From a virus (lineage: Duplodnaviria > Caudoviricetes), in the IMG/VR virus record IMGVR_UViG_3300050015_000776, positions 1-48,419 of that record: a stretch of 48,419 bases of DNA. The stretch is one strand, 5' to 3'. Below are positions 1 to 8,428 of this stretch, in pieces; position 1 is the stretch's first letter; each line of letters begins with the position of its first letter. The translations under genes and the position numbers were made by a program. Under the pieces are notes generated by a model, which was not told the DNA's origin, did not search any database, and saw nothing but the letters and a program-made list of their open reading frames with translations.

Positions 1-230
1 ACTATTGTAGTAGCCCGTGGTGTTGTTCGTCCCTGCGCTCGTCCCCATGAAACTGTTGCTGTTGCCCGTGGTGTTGGCCTGCCCTGCGCTCACCCCCATG
101 AAACTGTTGCTGTAGCCCGTGGTGTTGTTCAGCCCTGCGCTCGTCCCCACGAAACTATTGTAGTAGCCCGTGGTGTTAGCATACCCTGCGTTAAACCCCA
201 TGAAACTGTTGTAGTGGCCCGTGGTGTTGT
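1..230 (-). repeat. 48-bp tandem coding repeat (about 5 units, NTTGxxNSFxGxxAGx)
   Basis: GCCCGTGGTGTT recurs at 48-bp spacing (about 13, 61-65, 113, 161-167, 215). Confidence 0.85.
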
Positions 231-1179
231 ACGTCCCACCGCCACCAATATAGGTATTATTTAGCGTGGCTAATGGTTTGCCGAATAATAAACTGTTGGC
301 CGAATAGGAATCTTTTAAGCTAATTGCATAACTAGCCACCGGCGTAATCAATTTTACGGATATGGCCACGGTTCCATCGAAATCGGTGGTTGGGGTCAGT
401 GTAAGCGCCGCCGCACTAATGGCTTTAGGCCCACGAGTAAAAGCACCAGTATTAAACACTCCAGCATAATCATCAACCAACGACCCACCAATCGACATAG
501 AGACTGACCCAGCAGTCCGTGCCGTGATAGTCAGGACAATTTGCCAGTAGGTGCCAGCACCCATCCCCGCAATGGGGCGAGATAGTGCCGACGTGTTGCC
601 CGGAGTATGCGTAAACGGGTAAGAGCCAGTCCAACCAACTGAGGTCCATCCGGTTGCATCAATACTCTCAGTACCCAGAGTTGCTGAGTCGGTGGCTGCT
701 GTACCTGTGTTACTAATAGTTCCAGTTGTGGCTGGATTCGCAACAGGTAGATAGTCCGTGTTGGCGGCGGCAATGGACGGTACGCCAGTTCCAGTAGTAT
801 TTTTGAGAATGCCCGTTGCGAGCGTGGAGAACAAAACGCTATTTACGCCCTTGACGACAGTTGCTCCACCGGTCGCCGTGCTGGTGGCATCTCCCGAGAG
901 TGCGGAGAAAACTCCGGTTCCAGACGTGAACAGGGTGCCGTTTTGATAAAAATTACCCTGGACGTTTACGGACCCGGTTGGTGGAGCGGTGGCAGGCAAC
1001 GGTGCCCCCACCGAAACGGGCCCTGGGAATTGCACTGCGCCCGTCGCGTCGGCCTGCGGCGTGCACAACTTCGTCGTCGTGGCACTGCAGGGCGGCCGCG
1101 GGCCCGGCACTGCCGGTTGCGCGATTGCCGCTGCCGCCAGCGCGCACAGCAAGACTGCAAAACAAATGAATCGCCGCAT
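1..1179 (-). CDS. Secreted/surface adhesin- or fibre-like protein with 16-aa NTTG repeats (3' truncated at window edge; absent from the ORF track)
   Basis: Translated by hand: AGGAGG RBS, ATG at 1179, open to base 1. Starts MRRFICFAVLLCALAAAAIAQP (signal peptide), contains GILKNTTGTGVPSIAAANTDY and ends in NTTGYYNSFxGxxAG repeats. Confidence 0.85.
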   Translation of the reverse strand, partial: MRRFICFAVLLCALAAAAIAQPAVPGPRPPCSATTTKLCTPQADATGAVQFPGPVSVGAPLPATAPPTGSVNVQGNFYQNGTLFTSGTGVFSALSGDATSTATGGATVVKGVNSVLFSTLATGILKNTTGTGVPSIAAANTDYLPVANPATTGTISNTGTAATDSATLGTESIDATGWTSVGWTGSYPFTHTPGNTSALSRPIAGMGAGTYWQIVLTITARTAGSVSMSIGGSLVDDYAGVFNTGAFTRGPKAISAAALTLTPTTDFDGTVAISVKLITPVASYAISLKDSYSANSLLFGKPLATLNNTYIGGGGTYNTTGHYNSFMGFNAGYANTTGYYNSFVGTSAGLNNTTGYSNSFMGVSAGQANTTGNSNSFMGTSAGTNNTTGYYNS

Positions 1180-1188
1180 GTCAGCCTC

Positions 1189-1587
1189 CTAATTGCCCCA
1201 CTGGGCGGTCAGCGTGCAGCCGGTTACGTCGCTGGTCACAGTGAATCCGCCCGCCATGCGCATGCCCCAGGGCGTCGGAAATGGCACTGATTGTCCGGGA
1301 GGGATCGACCAGTCTGCTGGCGAATTGCCGCTACCGTCAGCCAGTACAAAATGGCACGCGGAAGTGTTGGCAACGCCGTTGCTCACCGCGAAGCCATAGA
1401 GGTGCGCGCCGCTGGTTGTAATCACGGTCGTGCCTACCGGGATAGGCCACAGCGCGATGTCCCAGCGCTCTGGCGAGCCGCCGCCCGCCGCAAGAATTGG
1501 AGGGGGCGCCGCGAGCAGCGGACCGCTGAGCAGCCAGAATGCCGCAAGCGTGGCCAGAATTCGTTCGATCTTGTTTTTGAGTGGCAT
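1189..1587 (-). CDS. Hypothetical secreted protein (signal peptide, beta-rich)
   Basis: AGGAG RBS; N-terminus ILATLAAFWLLSGPLLA; lies directly after gpW in the operon. Confidence 0.75.
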   Translation of the reverse strand: MPLKNKIERILATLAAFWLLSGPLLAAPPPILAAGGGSPERWDIALWPIPVGTTVITTSGAHLYGFAVSNGVANTSACHFVLADGSGNSPADWSIPPGQSVPFPTPWGMRMAGGFTVTSDVTGCTLTAQWGN

Positions 1588-1600
1588 GATTCTCCTTTGC

Positions 1601-1855
1601 TTAGAAGCCGAAATAAATGGGCCGCGGCGTGGGCGCGGCAGCGCTGCCAGTGGTCAGCATGGATTGGAGCGTCGAAATCCAGGCGTCGAGTTTCTCGAGG
1701 TCGCCCGCCGAGGAGCGATTGAATTCGACTTGCGCGCTTGGCCCATTGACGCGAACGATGGACTTGCCGGTGAGCAGGTCATGCTTGGCCTGCAGCGCCT
1801 CTGCGAGCCAGGTCGCGGCCTGGTCGAGCGAGAATCCAGACGGTGGCGTTGGCAT
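1601..1855 (-). CDS. Head-to-tail joining protein, gpW-like (84 aa)
   Basis: MPTPP...ALQAKHDLLTGKSIVRV...VEF...LDAWISTL...RPIYFGF matches the gpW pattern; TAATG overlap with the terminase stop. Confidence 0.85.
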   Translation of the reverse strand: MPTPPSGFSLDQAATWLAEALQAKHDLLTGKSIVRVNGPSAQVEFNRSSAGDLEKLDAWISTLQSMLTTGSAAAPTPRPIYFGF

Positions 1856-3795
1856 TAGAGGTAGGGATTGTCTGAGACGATCGGTTTGAACGCCGCGGCA
1901 TAGGCCGCCGGATCGCGGGCGGCTTGGTTCTGCCGGCCCGCGGGAGAGACAGACGCCGCGAGAGTCCGGACTCGCGCGACTTCCCGGTTCAGGGAGCTGG
2001 CGGAAGAGATTTGCCAGCCGATCAAAGCGGCATAGGCCTGGACATCGCAGTCGAGCATGTGATTGGCGGCGCCTGGCGAGCGCTTCTTCCATGCATATTT
2101 GGGCGTTGGGCCGGTGTAGTCGGGCACTCGCACTTCCGCGGTGAGCTGTTCGAAGTAATCCCGGTCGAACTCCGGCGCAAGCGGGAAGTGGATGGCGCCC
2201 GGGCCGGGTTCGCTCATGCGGAGGCGCGCGTAAATGCGCTCCTTGGCGACGTCGACGCCGATGATATTGGGCGGCGGGAATTTTCCGCGCGCCCTGCGGT
2301 TCTGAACCGCCCAGATGGGGCGGTTACCTTCGCGGCCTTTGGTCGCCCAGACACGCTTGCCTTTGCGCTCGCCGCAGAACTGCACCACTGTCTGGGTTTT
2401 GTAGCCTGAGTCGATGCAGACCGCCTTGACGCTCAGCTGCAGGCCCAGTTCCGAACACCGCTCTGCATGCAGCCAGGTCTCGAGCTGCTCCCAAGGCGAG
2501 AAGCGCTTGGGATCCTTGGATACCATCTCCGAGGTGTCGCCGAGGAACGACCGCCGCTCGAGGCGCCAGGACTCTTCGTCGGCGCCCCAGCCCACCAGTA
2601 CGGCGTCGATGCGTTCGGCGTGGACGTCGGCGCCAGCGGTCAGCACGGCGACCAAGGGCGGCAGCTCTGGCCCATAGGCCTCGCGCCGCGCGATTAGCGT
2701 GTCTGCGTCGGCGCGCGTCTCTGCGGGGTCGGAGTATGGCAGGCCCTGCTTGAGGTTGACGAAGGTCTTGCGTTTGACGGGGTCCTTGTGGACCTTCTCC
2801 CACTCGGCCGCCAGATTCAGCCAGGAGTTGCCTGGCCAGCCGTAAGGGTAATACAGCGCGTTGATCTGATAGGTGCGGATCTTCTGCGCGGCGCCGTTGC
2901 CGGGCGCCGAAGGAATCCACACGCCGTTCTGGAGCAGCGCGACCTTTTCCCACTCCTCGAATGTGCCGCCGCATTTTTCGCACTGGTAGCGGACCGAGGC
3001 CGGGTCGCCCTTATCCCAGCGCAGGCCTCCGAGGTCGCCGACACGCGCGCGGTCCTCCCCGAAGATCAGCGCTTGAAACGCTCCGCAACGCGGGCAGGGC
3101 AGGTGGAAATAGTTCTGATCACCCCGCTGAAACCACTCCCAGATCTGAGAGAGATGATAAAGCGTGGGCGTCGAAACCAGATACACCTTGCGGTTGCGAT
3201 AGCCAGCGGTCCGCTGCATGAACAGTTCGACCGACGAGCCCTCCTTGTTCAGGTCCACACGGAACGAATCGACCTCGTCCTGCACCTGGTAGCGGTAGGA
3301 ATCCGCCCTGGCGTCGGATGTGGACGCCGCGGTGCTGATTACCAGCTGCGAGTCGCCAAACTCCTTGAGCGTCGTGGTGTTCGAACTCCCCCGGGATCGC
3401 TTGGCCGAGACGATGTTCCGGAGAACTTCGTTTGCCTGGATCATCGGGTCCAGTCGGCGGCTGACGAATCGCCGGGCACTCTGGATCGAGCCCAGCACAT
3501 ATTGGATCGAATCGGGGTAGCGATGCATCCAGCAGCCGATCGCGTTAATGCCGCCCTCCGTCCCGGCGCCCTGCGCAGCCTTGGCGAGCACGATGATCTG
3601 TGCCGGGTCGGAGGGTGACAGCCGGTCCATCACTTCCTTCATATAGGGCACGCGCGACGTCCGCCAGAAGCCTGGCTCAGGGCTGGGTTTCGAGACGTAC
3701 CGGTAGCGGTCGGCCCATTCCGAGACGGTCATCTCGGGTTCGGGCCGGAAGCCGGCTACAAACGCGTCACTTACGATTTCCGTTACCGTTGACAT
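1855..3795 (-). CDS. Terminase large subunit, GpA family
   Basis: TVSEWAD..R, PY..EVMD, KAAQ Walker-A-like motif, DEVD Walker B, STPT, CPRCG...CEKCG zinc ribbon, nuclease GADV/IDSG/NHMLD. Confidence 0.95.
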   Translation of the reverse strand: MSTVTEIVSDAFVAGFRPEPEMTVSEWADRYRYVSKPSPEPGFWRTSRVPYMKEVMDRLSPSDPAQIIVLAKAAQGAGTEGGINAIGCWMHRYPDSIQYVLGSIQSARRFVSRRLDPMIQANEVLRNIVSAKRSRGSSNTTTLKEFGDSQLVISTAASTSDARADSYRYQVQDEVDSFRVDLNKEGSSVELFMQRTAGYRNRKVYLVSTPTLYHLSQIWEWFQRGDQNYFHLPCPRCGAFQALIFGEDRARVGDLGGLRWDKGDPASVRYQCEKCGGTFEEWEKVALLQNGVWIPSAPGNGAAQKIRTYQINALYYPYGWPGNSWLNLAAEWEKVHKDPVKRKTFVNLKQGLPYSDPAETRADADTLIARREAYGPELPPLVAVLTAGADVHAERIDAVLVGWGADEESWRLERRSFLGDTSEMVSKDPKRFSPWEQLETWLHAERCSELGLQLSVKAVCIDSGYKTQTVVQFCGERKGKRVWATKGREGNRPIWAVQNRRARGKFPPPNIIGVDVAKERIYARLRMSEPGPGAIHFPLAPEFDRDYFEQLTAEVRVPDYTGPTPKYAWKKRSPGAANHMLDCDVQAYAALIGWQISSASSLNREVARVRTLAASVSPAGRQNQAARDPAAYAAAFKPIVSDNPYL

Positions 3796-4411
3796 TTCCA
3801 AGCGACCCTAACTTCAGTGCAATCTCCGCGGCGATGCGCTCGTCTGTTACTCTCTTCTCGCGCCTCAGAATTGCTTCTATTTCGGCAACGTCCGTCTTGC
3901 CGACCAGCAGCGGCGCCAGTTGCGTGGGCCCGTTTTCACGATCTGCTGCAAGGATGCGTCCGATCGTTTGAAAGGTGGCGACGGCCTCTTCCACCTTGAC
4001 GACGGCTCCCATCTCGCGCTGCAGGCTGATCTGATCCTTGGCCACGCGAAGCCAGGCCGCCGTCCGCTCGGCCTCGGCCTTGGTCTTGCCGTCCGGCCGG
4101 TCTGGTTCACCTCGCCCGTTTCCTGGGCCGAACCGATTGCCGTTGCCATTGCCGCTGCCATTCCCGTTCCCGCTGTGAGCCTTTCCCTGCGCCTGGGGCT
4201 CCTGCTTGCCCCACCGTTTCGCGGAGTTCTGCGTCTGACGCGGGCTGCCGAGTTGCGCCCGCTTCCGATTCGCTTCCGACCGGCTGACCAGGCCATCCGC
4301 GCTTCGCCCGATGCCCAAAACCCTAACGCTCGTATTCGCGTTCTGGCGCGTGCACCCCCACTCTGCTGCAAGCCGAGCGACGGTTATAAGATCGTTTGAT
4401 GGGGTTGCCAC
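3767..4411 (-). CDS. Terminase small subunit (Nu1-like)
   Basis: N-terminal wHTH-like segment (VARLAAEWGCTRQ), GN-rich linker, helical C-terminus (LQREMGAVVKVEE); overlaps the large-subunit start. Confidence 0.8.
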   Translation of the reverse strand: MATPSNDLITVARLAAEWGCTRQNANTSVRVLGIGRSADGLVSRSEANRKRAQLGSPRQTQNSAKRWGKQEPQAQGKAHSGNGNGSGNGNGNRFGPGNGRGEPDRPDGKTKAEAERTAAWLRVAKDQISLQREMGAVVKVEEAVATFQTIGRILAADRENGPTQLAPLLVGKTDVAEIEAILRREKRVTDERIAAEIALKLGSLGNVNGNGNRK

Positions 4412-4414
4412 ATG

Positions 4415-5263
4415 CTATGCGCGCTCCTCTAAAAGCCGCAGTGCGTCGTCCTTGTCGTGGTCTTCGCGTTCCTGCATGCGGCCAAATTCAACATGTGCAA
4501 ACGTGGGGCCGTCCCCCTCGAGCGTTGCCTCGCGCCCGGTGAAGTTTTGCCAGCGGCGCACGATCACGTCGCAGTAGATCGGATCCAGTTCCATGAGCCT
4601 CGCCCGGCGCCCGGTCTTTTCACAGGCGATTAGCGTCGAGCCGGAGCCTGCAAAGAGATCCCCGACTATGTCACCGTTCCGGCTCGAGTTTTCGATCGCC
4701 CGAATTACCAGCGCAATCGGTTTCATGGTTCGGTGCAACCGGCTGGCCGCCGGCTTGGGTATTTGCCAGAGCGTCGACTCACTCTTGTCTCCGTACCAGG
4801 CGTCCGATTGGCCGGCGACGTGAACATAGAACATGGGCTCGTGCTGGAACTTATACCTTCCAAACCCCCAGGCGAAAGTGTTCTTCGCCCAAATGATCTG
4901 GCAACGGATCTCGAAACCGGCAGCCTCGAGCGCGTCCTGGAACTCACGTTGCCACGACGAGGAGTGGCACACATACATCGATCCATCCGTGCGCACCGCC
5001 GTGGCGCAGGATCGAAACGCAGCCAACAGGAAGATCCGGAACTGCTCGGGGGTCTTTTTGTCGCCTTGGATCTTTAACCTGTCGTCCGTATATCCTTCAT
5101 AATCAACGTTGTGGGGCGGATCAATGAACGCCAGATGCGCTTTTTCCCCGCACATCGCTCGCGACGCCTGTGCAGTGTCGGTCGCATCGCCGCACAACAG
5201 CGCGTGGCGAGGGCTCGGCTTCACGTTGAAGTCCAGCCCGCACTTCCAGCATTTGCACTTCAT
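4415..5263 (-). CDS. DNA N6A/N4C methyltransferase B (beta class) with N-terminal CxCxKC half-knuckle
   Basis: MKCKCWKCG...RHALLCGD, DPPH (motif IV variant), QIIWAK, HEP, DLFAGSGSTLIA, ELDPIYCDVIVRRWQ; ATGA overlap with the upstream MTase stop. Confidence 0.9.
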   Translation of the reverse strand: MKCKCWKCGLDFNVKPSPRHALLCGDATDTAQASRAMCGEKAHLAFIDPPHNVDYEGYTDDRLKIQGDKKTPEQFRIFLLAAFRSCATAVRTDGSMYVCHSSSWQREFQDALEAAGFEIRCQIIWAKNTFAWGFGRYKFQHEPMFYVHVAGQSDAWYGDKSESTLWQIPKPAASRLHRTMKPIALVIRAIENSSRNGDIVGDLFAGSGSTLIACEKTGRRARLMELDPIYCDVIVRRWQNFTGREATLEGDGPTFAHVEFGRMQEREDHDKDDALRLLEERA

Positions 5264-6252
5264 GCTATGGCCTCGACCGGAGCCTGGAATCTTTCCTCTG
5301 CGACCTGGTCGAACGTCTGGCCGGTTGCCGCCAGTGTGATGGAGCAGGCGCCCAGACGAGATAGGCGTTCGAGAATTACGTCGCAGTATGCCGGCGAGAT
5401 CTCGCAGCCGAACCCGGCGCGGCCCAGCAGGTGCGCGGCTGCCATGGTAGTGCCGCTGCCCATGAACGGGTCGTAAACGGTGTCGCCGGCGTCTGAGTAT
5501 GCATTCAAGAAGAACTCGACCAGCATCCGCGGGAACTGCGCGGAGTGCGATCCCTGCGTTGACTCGCTCTTGCATTCGATCACGTTCGATGGCCGCGCAA
5601 TGTCCACGAAACGGCGGTCGCTGTCGCCGGCGTCCTGCTTTCCTGCAGCAGAGCCGCGCGCTCCTGTGCCCAGCAGCCCGCTACCCGACGTCGACTTCGG
5701 ATTGTCCGGCGAGTAGTTGAAGCAGTCCTCCGAGACGTGGCCCACCGCTTTCGGCCGAAACTTGATCTCCGCCTGCCGGCAGAAGTGAAAGACCGGCTCG
5801 TGCGCGTTCTTGAACCGGTTGGGCCAGCCGCCGGGGACGCCATTGTCGGGTTTGCGCCACAATAGATCGTCAACGAAGCGCCAGCCCCACCGCCGCTTGT
5901 GTGCGATTACCAGGTCCATCACATAGAGGCTGCGTTCGCCATCCTTGGCGTGGGCTTTGATATTGAGGAAATAGGAGCCGTCCGGCGCCAGGTGCGAGGC
6001 GATGATCTCGGCCACCGCGCCGTACCACTCGATGTATTCGTCCACCGGGACGGGCTTGAAGCCGCTCGATGCATCGTATTCGCGCTGCGATGCATAAGGC
6101 TGCGAGGTGATCACGACGTTTGCGCGCGTCCCGTCGAAGAGTCGATCGACCTGCTTTGGATCGCGGCAGTCGCCGCATAGCAACCGGTGGCGCGGAGGCA
6201 CGATCGCCTCGAGCGAGCGGTGACACTTCCTGCAGGTACAGTCAAACATCAT
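5260..6252 (-). CDS. DNA N4C/N6A methyltransferase A (beta class) with N-terminal CxCxKC half-knuckle
   Basis: MMFDCTCRKCH...RHRLLCGD, TSQPY (motif IV variant), HEPVFHF, DPFMGSGTT, EISPAYCDVI; start overlaps the ParB stop. Confidence 0.9.
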   Translation of the reverse strand: MMFDCTCRKCHRSLEAIVPPRHRLLCGDCRDPKQVDRLFDGTRANVVITSQPYASQREYDASSGFKPVPVDEYIEWYGAVAEIIASHLAPDGSYFLNIKAHAKDGERSLYVMDLVIAHKRRWGWRFVDDLLWRKPDNGVPGGWPNRFKNAHEPVFHFCRQAEIKFRPKAVGHVSEDCFNYSPDNPKSTSGSGLLGTGARGSAAGKQDAGDSDRRFVDIARPSNVIECKSESTQGSHSAQFPRMLVEFFLNAYSDAGDTVYDPFMGSGTTMAAAHLLGRAGFGCEISPAYCDVILERLSRLGACSITLAATGQTFDQVAEERFQAPVEAIA

Positions 6253-6817
6253 TCTCCGTGCCGCAGTGCGGACAGATGACTCGCGAGCCAAGGAGCCACA
6301 GATCGCCAGGCCGCGTGACCGGGTTCTCCTTCGGTTCCGGAACCGCATCGTCTGCCGTTGCGCCCTCGCTGGCGCTGTCGCTTTGAAGTCCCCGCAGCAG
6401 ATCGTCGAGAGACTCGATGTCGAACCCCGTGCCGAGGAGCGTTCCGGCCTCCGCCTGAACTTCCTGCAGGAGCTGGGCCAGCGCGGCGTCGTCATAGCCG
6501 GCCAGATCGTTCGTGCGATTGTCGACGAGCAAGATCCGGAGGGCCTCTGCATCGTCGCAATCGACATAAATGACCGGGACGACCGGCAGTCCGCACTCCC
6601 GGGCGGCGAGCCAGCGGTGGTTGCCCGCCAGAATGTTCCCCGTGGAACGTTGCACTACGCAAGCGCCGAAGAATTGATTGGACTTAATCGATGCAATGAT
6701 CGCGTTCACGTCGCCCTGCCGCGGGTTCCGTGGGTGTGGCTGGATCGCCGCGATGGACACCAGCTCATACTGCTGGTCGCGGATCCCTACAGACTTGTTC
6801 GGTTTGGTTTTCGCCAT
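6242..6817 (-). CDS. ParB/Srx N-terminal-domain protein ending in a CPHCG half-knuckle
   Basis: PHPRNPR, ILAGNHRWLAA, DNRTNDLAGYD, LLGTGFD, DDAVPE..TRPGDLWLLG, then SRVICPHCGTENDV-stop. Confidence 0.9.
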   Translation of the reverse strand: MAKTKPNKSVGIRDQQYELVSIAAIQPHPRNPRQGDVNAIIASIKSNQFFGACVVQRSTGNILAGNHRWLAARECGLPVVPVIYVDCDDAEALRILLVDNRTNDLAGYDDAALAQLLQEVQAEAGTLLGTGFDIESLDDLLRGLQSDSASEGATADDAVPEPKENPVTRPGDLWLLGSRVICPHCGTENDV

Positions 6818-6923
6818 GCTGTTCAGCTCATGCCGCGAGGAAGATCCGGCTTTGGCTTGCAATCAACGTCGGATCTGAGTGATCGATGTGGGGTACGAGT
6901 TCGCTCGAAAGGTTCAAAACTCT

Positions 6924-7352
6924 ATGAAACTCAGTTCCAAACGCACGCCGTCGGCGCCGTTCGCCGGCCCCGCAGACGCACAGACGGCCACAGACGCGCC
7001 GCCGACCGCCAAGTCTAAGGGCAACGCCAGGAAGGGCAGCCAGACGCCGCCCAAGCCCACGGGCGCCAGCAGGAAGGCCACCAAGAAGGAAGCAGAGCCT
7101 GCCAAAGCAGCCAAAACGCTCGTTAAACGCGAGAAAAAGGAGCCGGCCGCTCCGCGCGAGGGCAACAAGACTGCGATGATTCTGGCGCTTCTGCGCCGCC
7201 AGGAGGGCGCCAAACTCACGGAAATCATGCAGCAGGCCGGCTGGCAGAAGCACTCCGTGCGCGGCTTCATCTCGAGCCAGGGTAAGAAGGGCGTCGTGAT
7301 CCGGTCCTTTAAGAACGAAACTGGCGAACGGTGCTACCAGATCGCAGAGTAA
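6924..7352 (+). CDS. DUF3489-family wHTH protein (moron)
   Basis: PREGNKTAMILALLRRQEGA..EIMQQAGWQKHSVRGFIS...ERCYQI signature after a Lys/Ala-rich N-terminus. Confidence 0.88.
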   Translation: MKLSSKRTPSAPFAGPADAQTATDAPPTAKSKGNARKGSQTPPKPTGASRKATKKEAEPAKAAKTLVKREKKEPAAPREGNKTAMILALLRRQEGAKLTEIMQQAGWQKHSVRGFISSQGKKGVVIRSFKNETGERCYQIAE

Positions 7353-7374
7353 TCGCGCGATCGCGCCCGCCACG

Positions 7375-7405
7375 AAGCCCGGCCACGCGCCGGGCTTTTT
7401 CTTTT
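7375..7405 (+). terminator. Rho-independent terminator
   Basis: AAGCCCGGC-CACGC-GCCGGGCTT followed by TTTCTTTT. Confidence 0.85.
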
Positions 7406-7481
7406 CGGTTTGCATCCGAATCGACTGGATCGGGGGCGGCGGAGGAGTGATGAATGAGTCGTGCAAGGAGCACCAAACAAA

Positions 7482-7706
7482 ATGTACGCCGGAGACGAAC
7501 TCTACGATGACGAGATCACGAGCGGGAATGTTGATGACTTCGCGGATCCTGGTGGAGGAAGCGCGCTCCGCGCAGCCACCAAAGCGAACCCGCGGAACCG
7601 GTCCTGCCCAAATTGCCGAAAACGGAACAGGCTCACGCCACGCGATGTGCAGCTGGGCTACCAGTGCGATGAGTGCGCGGAGCGCGCTGAACGGGGCTGC
7701 GACTGA
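7482..7706 (+). CDS. Small Zn-ribbon protein (moron)
   Basis: AAGGAG RBS; CPNC...YQCDECA. Confidence 0.7.
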   Translation: MYAGDELYDDEITSGNVDDFADPGGGSALRAATKANPRNRSCPNCRKRNRLTPRDVQLGYQCDECAERAERGCD

Positions 7707-7709
7707 CCA

Positions 7710-8033
7710 ATGGTGATACAAGGACTCACCCGGATGACCACACCAAATCAACAGACCATGCAAACGGCCGCCGGCGGATACATCGTGCTTTCCGCCCGAG
7801 GTTTCAAAACGATCAAAGTGCCCGTTCGAACGGCGGAAGAGGCCAGCACCATCTGGTGGCTCTTCGTCAAGAAGAACGAGCTCGCCGGAAGCGATCTGAA
7901 ACGGGATTCTGGAGAGATCCGATCGAACCAGGGTGAACTGGTAGCGCGCGTTTCCTATAACGGTCGCGTCTGGACGCCGGATATGAGACGCCTGCTCGAG
8001 GATCTGCCGGCGGGTTACGGGCTGCTCGTCTGA
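7710..8033 (+). CDS. Hypothetical phage protein (moron)
   Basis: VARVSYNGRVW motif, recurrent in small phage/ICE proteins; the start may be at 7734. Confidence 0.7.
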   Translation: MVIQGLTRMTTPNQQTMQTAAGGYIVLSARGFKTIKVPVRTAEEASTIWWLFVKKNELAGSDLKRDSGEIRSNQGELVARVSYNGRVWTPDMRRLLEDLPAGYGLLV

Positions 8034-8133
8034 CGATGAGCGTCCAAGCGCGCGAGCAGCCGCCTCGTAAGGGGCGGCTGCTCTTGTGGTTACGCGCTCG
8101 TCGGGCTGCGCCGCCGGACCTCCGATCATCAGG

Positions 8134-8230
8134 CTTGTAAAACCCACTTGTAAAACCCACTTTTCGGCCAGCGACTAGCGAAATCCGGAGGCACTGCCAC
8201 CTCCCGCGATTGAAACCGCTCCAAGTACCT
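8134..8230 (-). other. Putative cos packaging site (cosQ/cosN/cosB-like)
   Basis: Minus strand reads AGGTACT-N19-GGAGGTGGCAGTGCCTCCGGATTTCGCTA, resembling lambda GGGTCCT...GGGCGGCGACCTCGCGGGTTTTCGCTA. It is followed by the 13-bp tandem repeat CTTGTAAAACCCA x2 and lies upstream of the packaging operon. Confidence 0.6.
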
Positions 8231-8428
8231 AAGCTTTTTGCGGGCCGCCGCACCCACCCACGGCCGCCGCAGCCGGCCGTCCCCGCGCCCCGTGGCAGCA
8301 CCCTCGCGCCGCCCGCCGCTGCTGGCCTCGTTACCTACCCCGCCGGCGTCGACGTCGCCCCGTCCGTCGTGGCGCGACAGCCGGGCCGCGCCCGATCCCG
8401 TCTATTACAATAGAAATCGCTCCAGCAT

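Noticed and set aside
1-230. CRISPR array or DGR variable repeat
   Set aside because: The units are in-frame coding repeats without unique spacers, and no reverse transcriptase, template repeat or cas gene is seen.
4415-6252. Restriction-modification system
   Set aside because: No cognate restriction endonuclease is adjacent; the context is the phage packaging-region orphan MTase type.
6190-6290. Split intein at the ParB/MTase junction
   Set aside because: The inserts are only about 14-19 aa, with no terminal His-Asn and no C/S/T at the +1 position of the C-extein.
6828-8147. 439-aa minus-strand ORF and other long antisense ORFs (e.g. 12824-14023, 30203-31459, 33116-34375)
   Set aside because: They are shadow frames of real genes in high-GC DNA, with no motifs or RBS.
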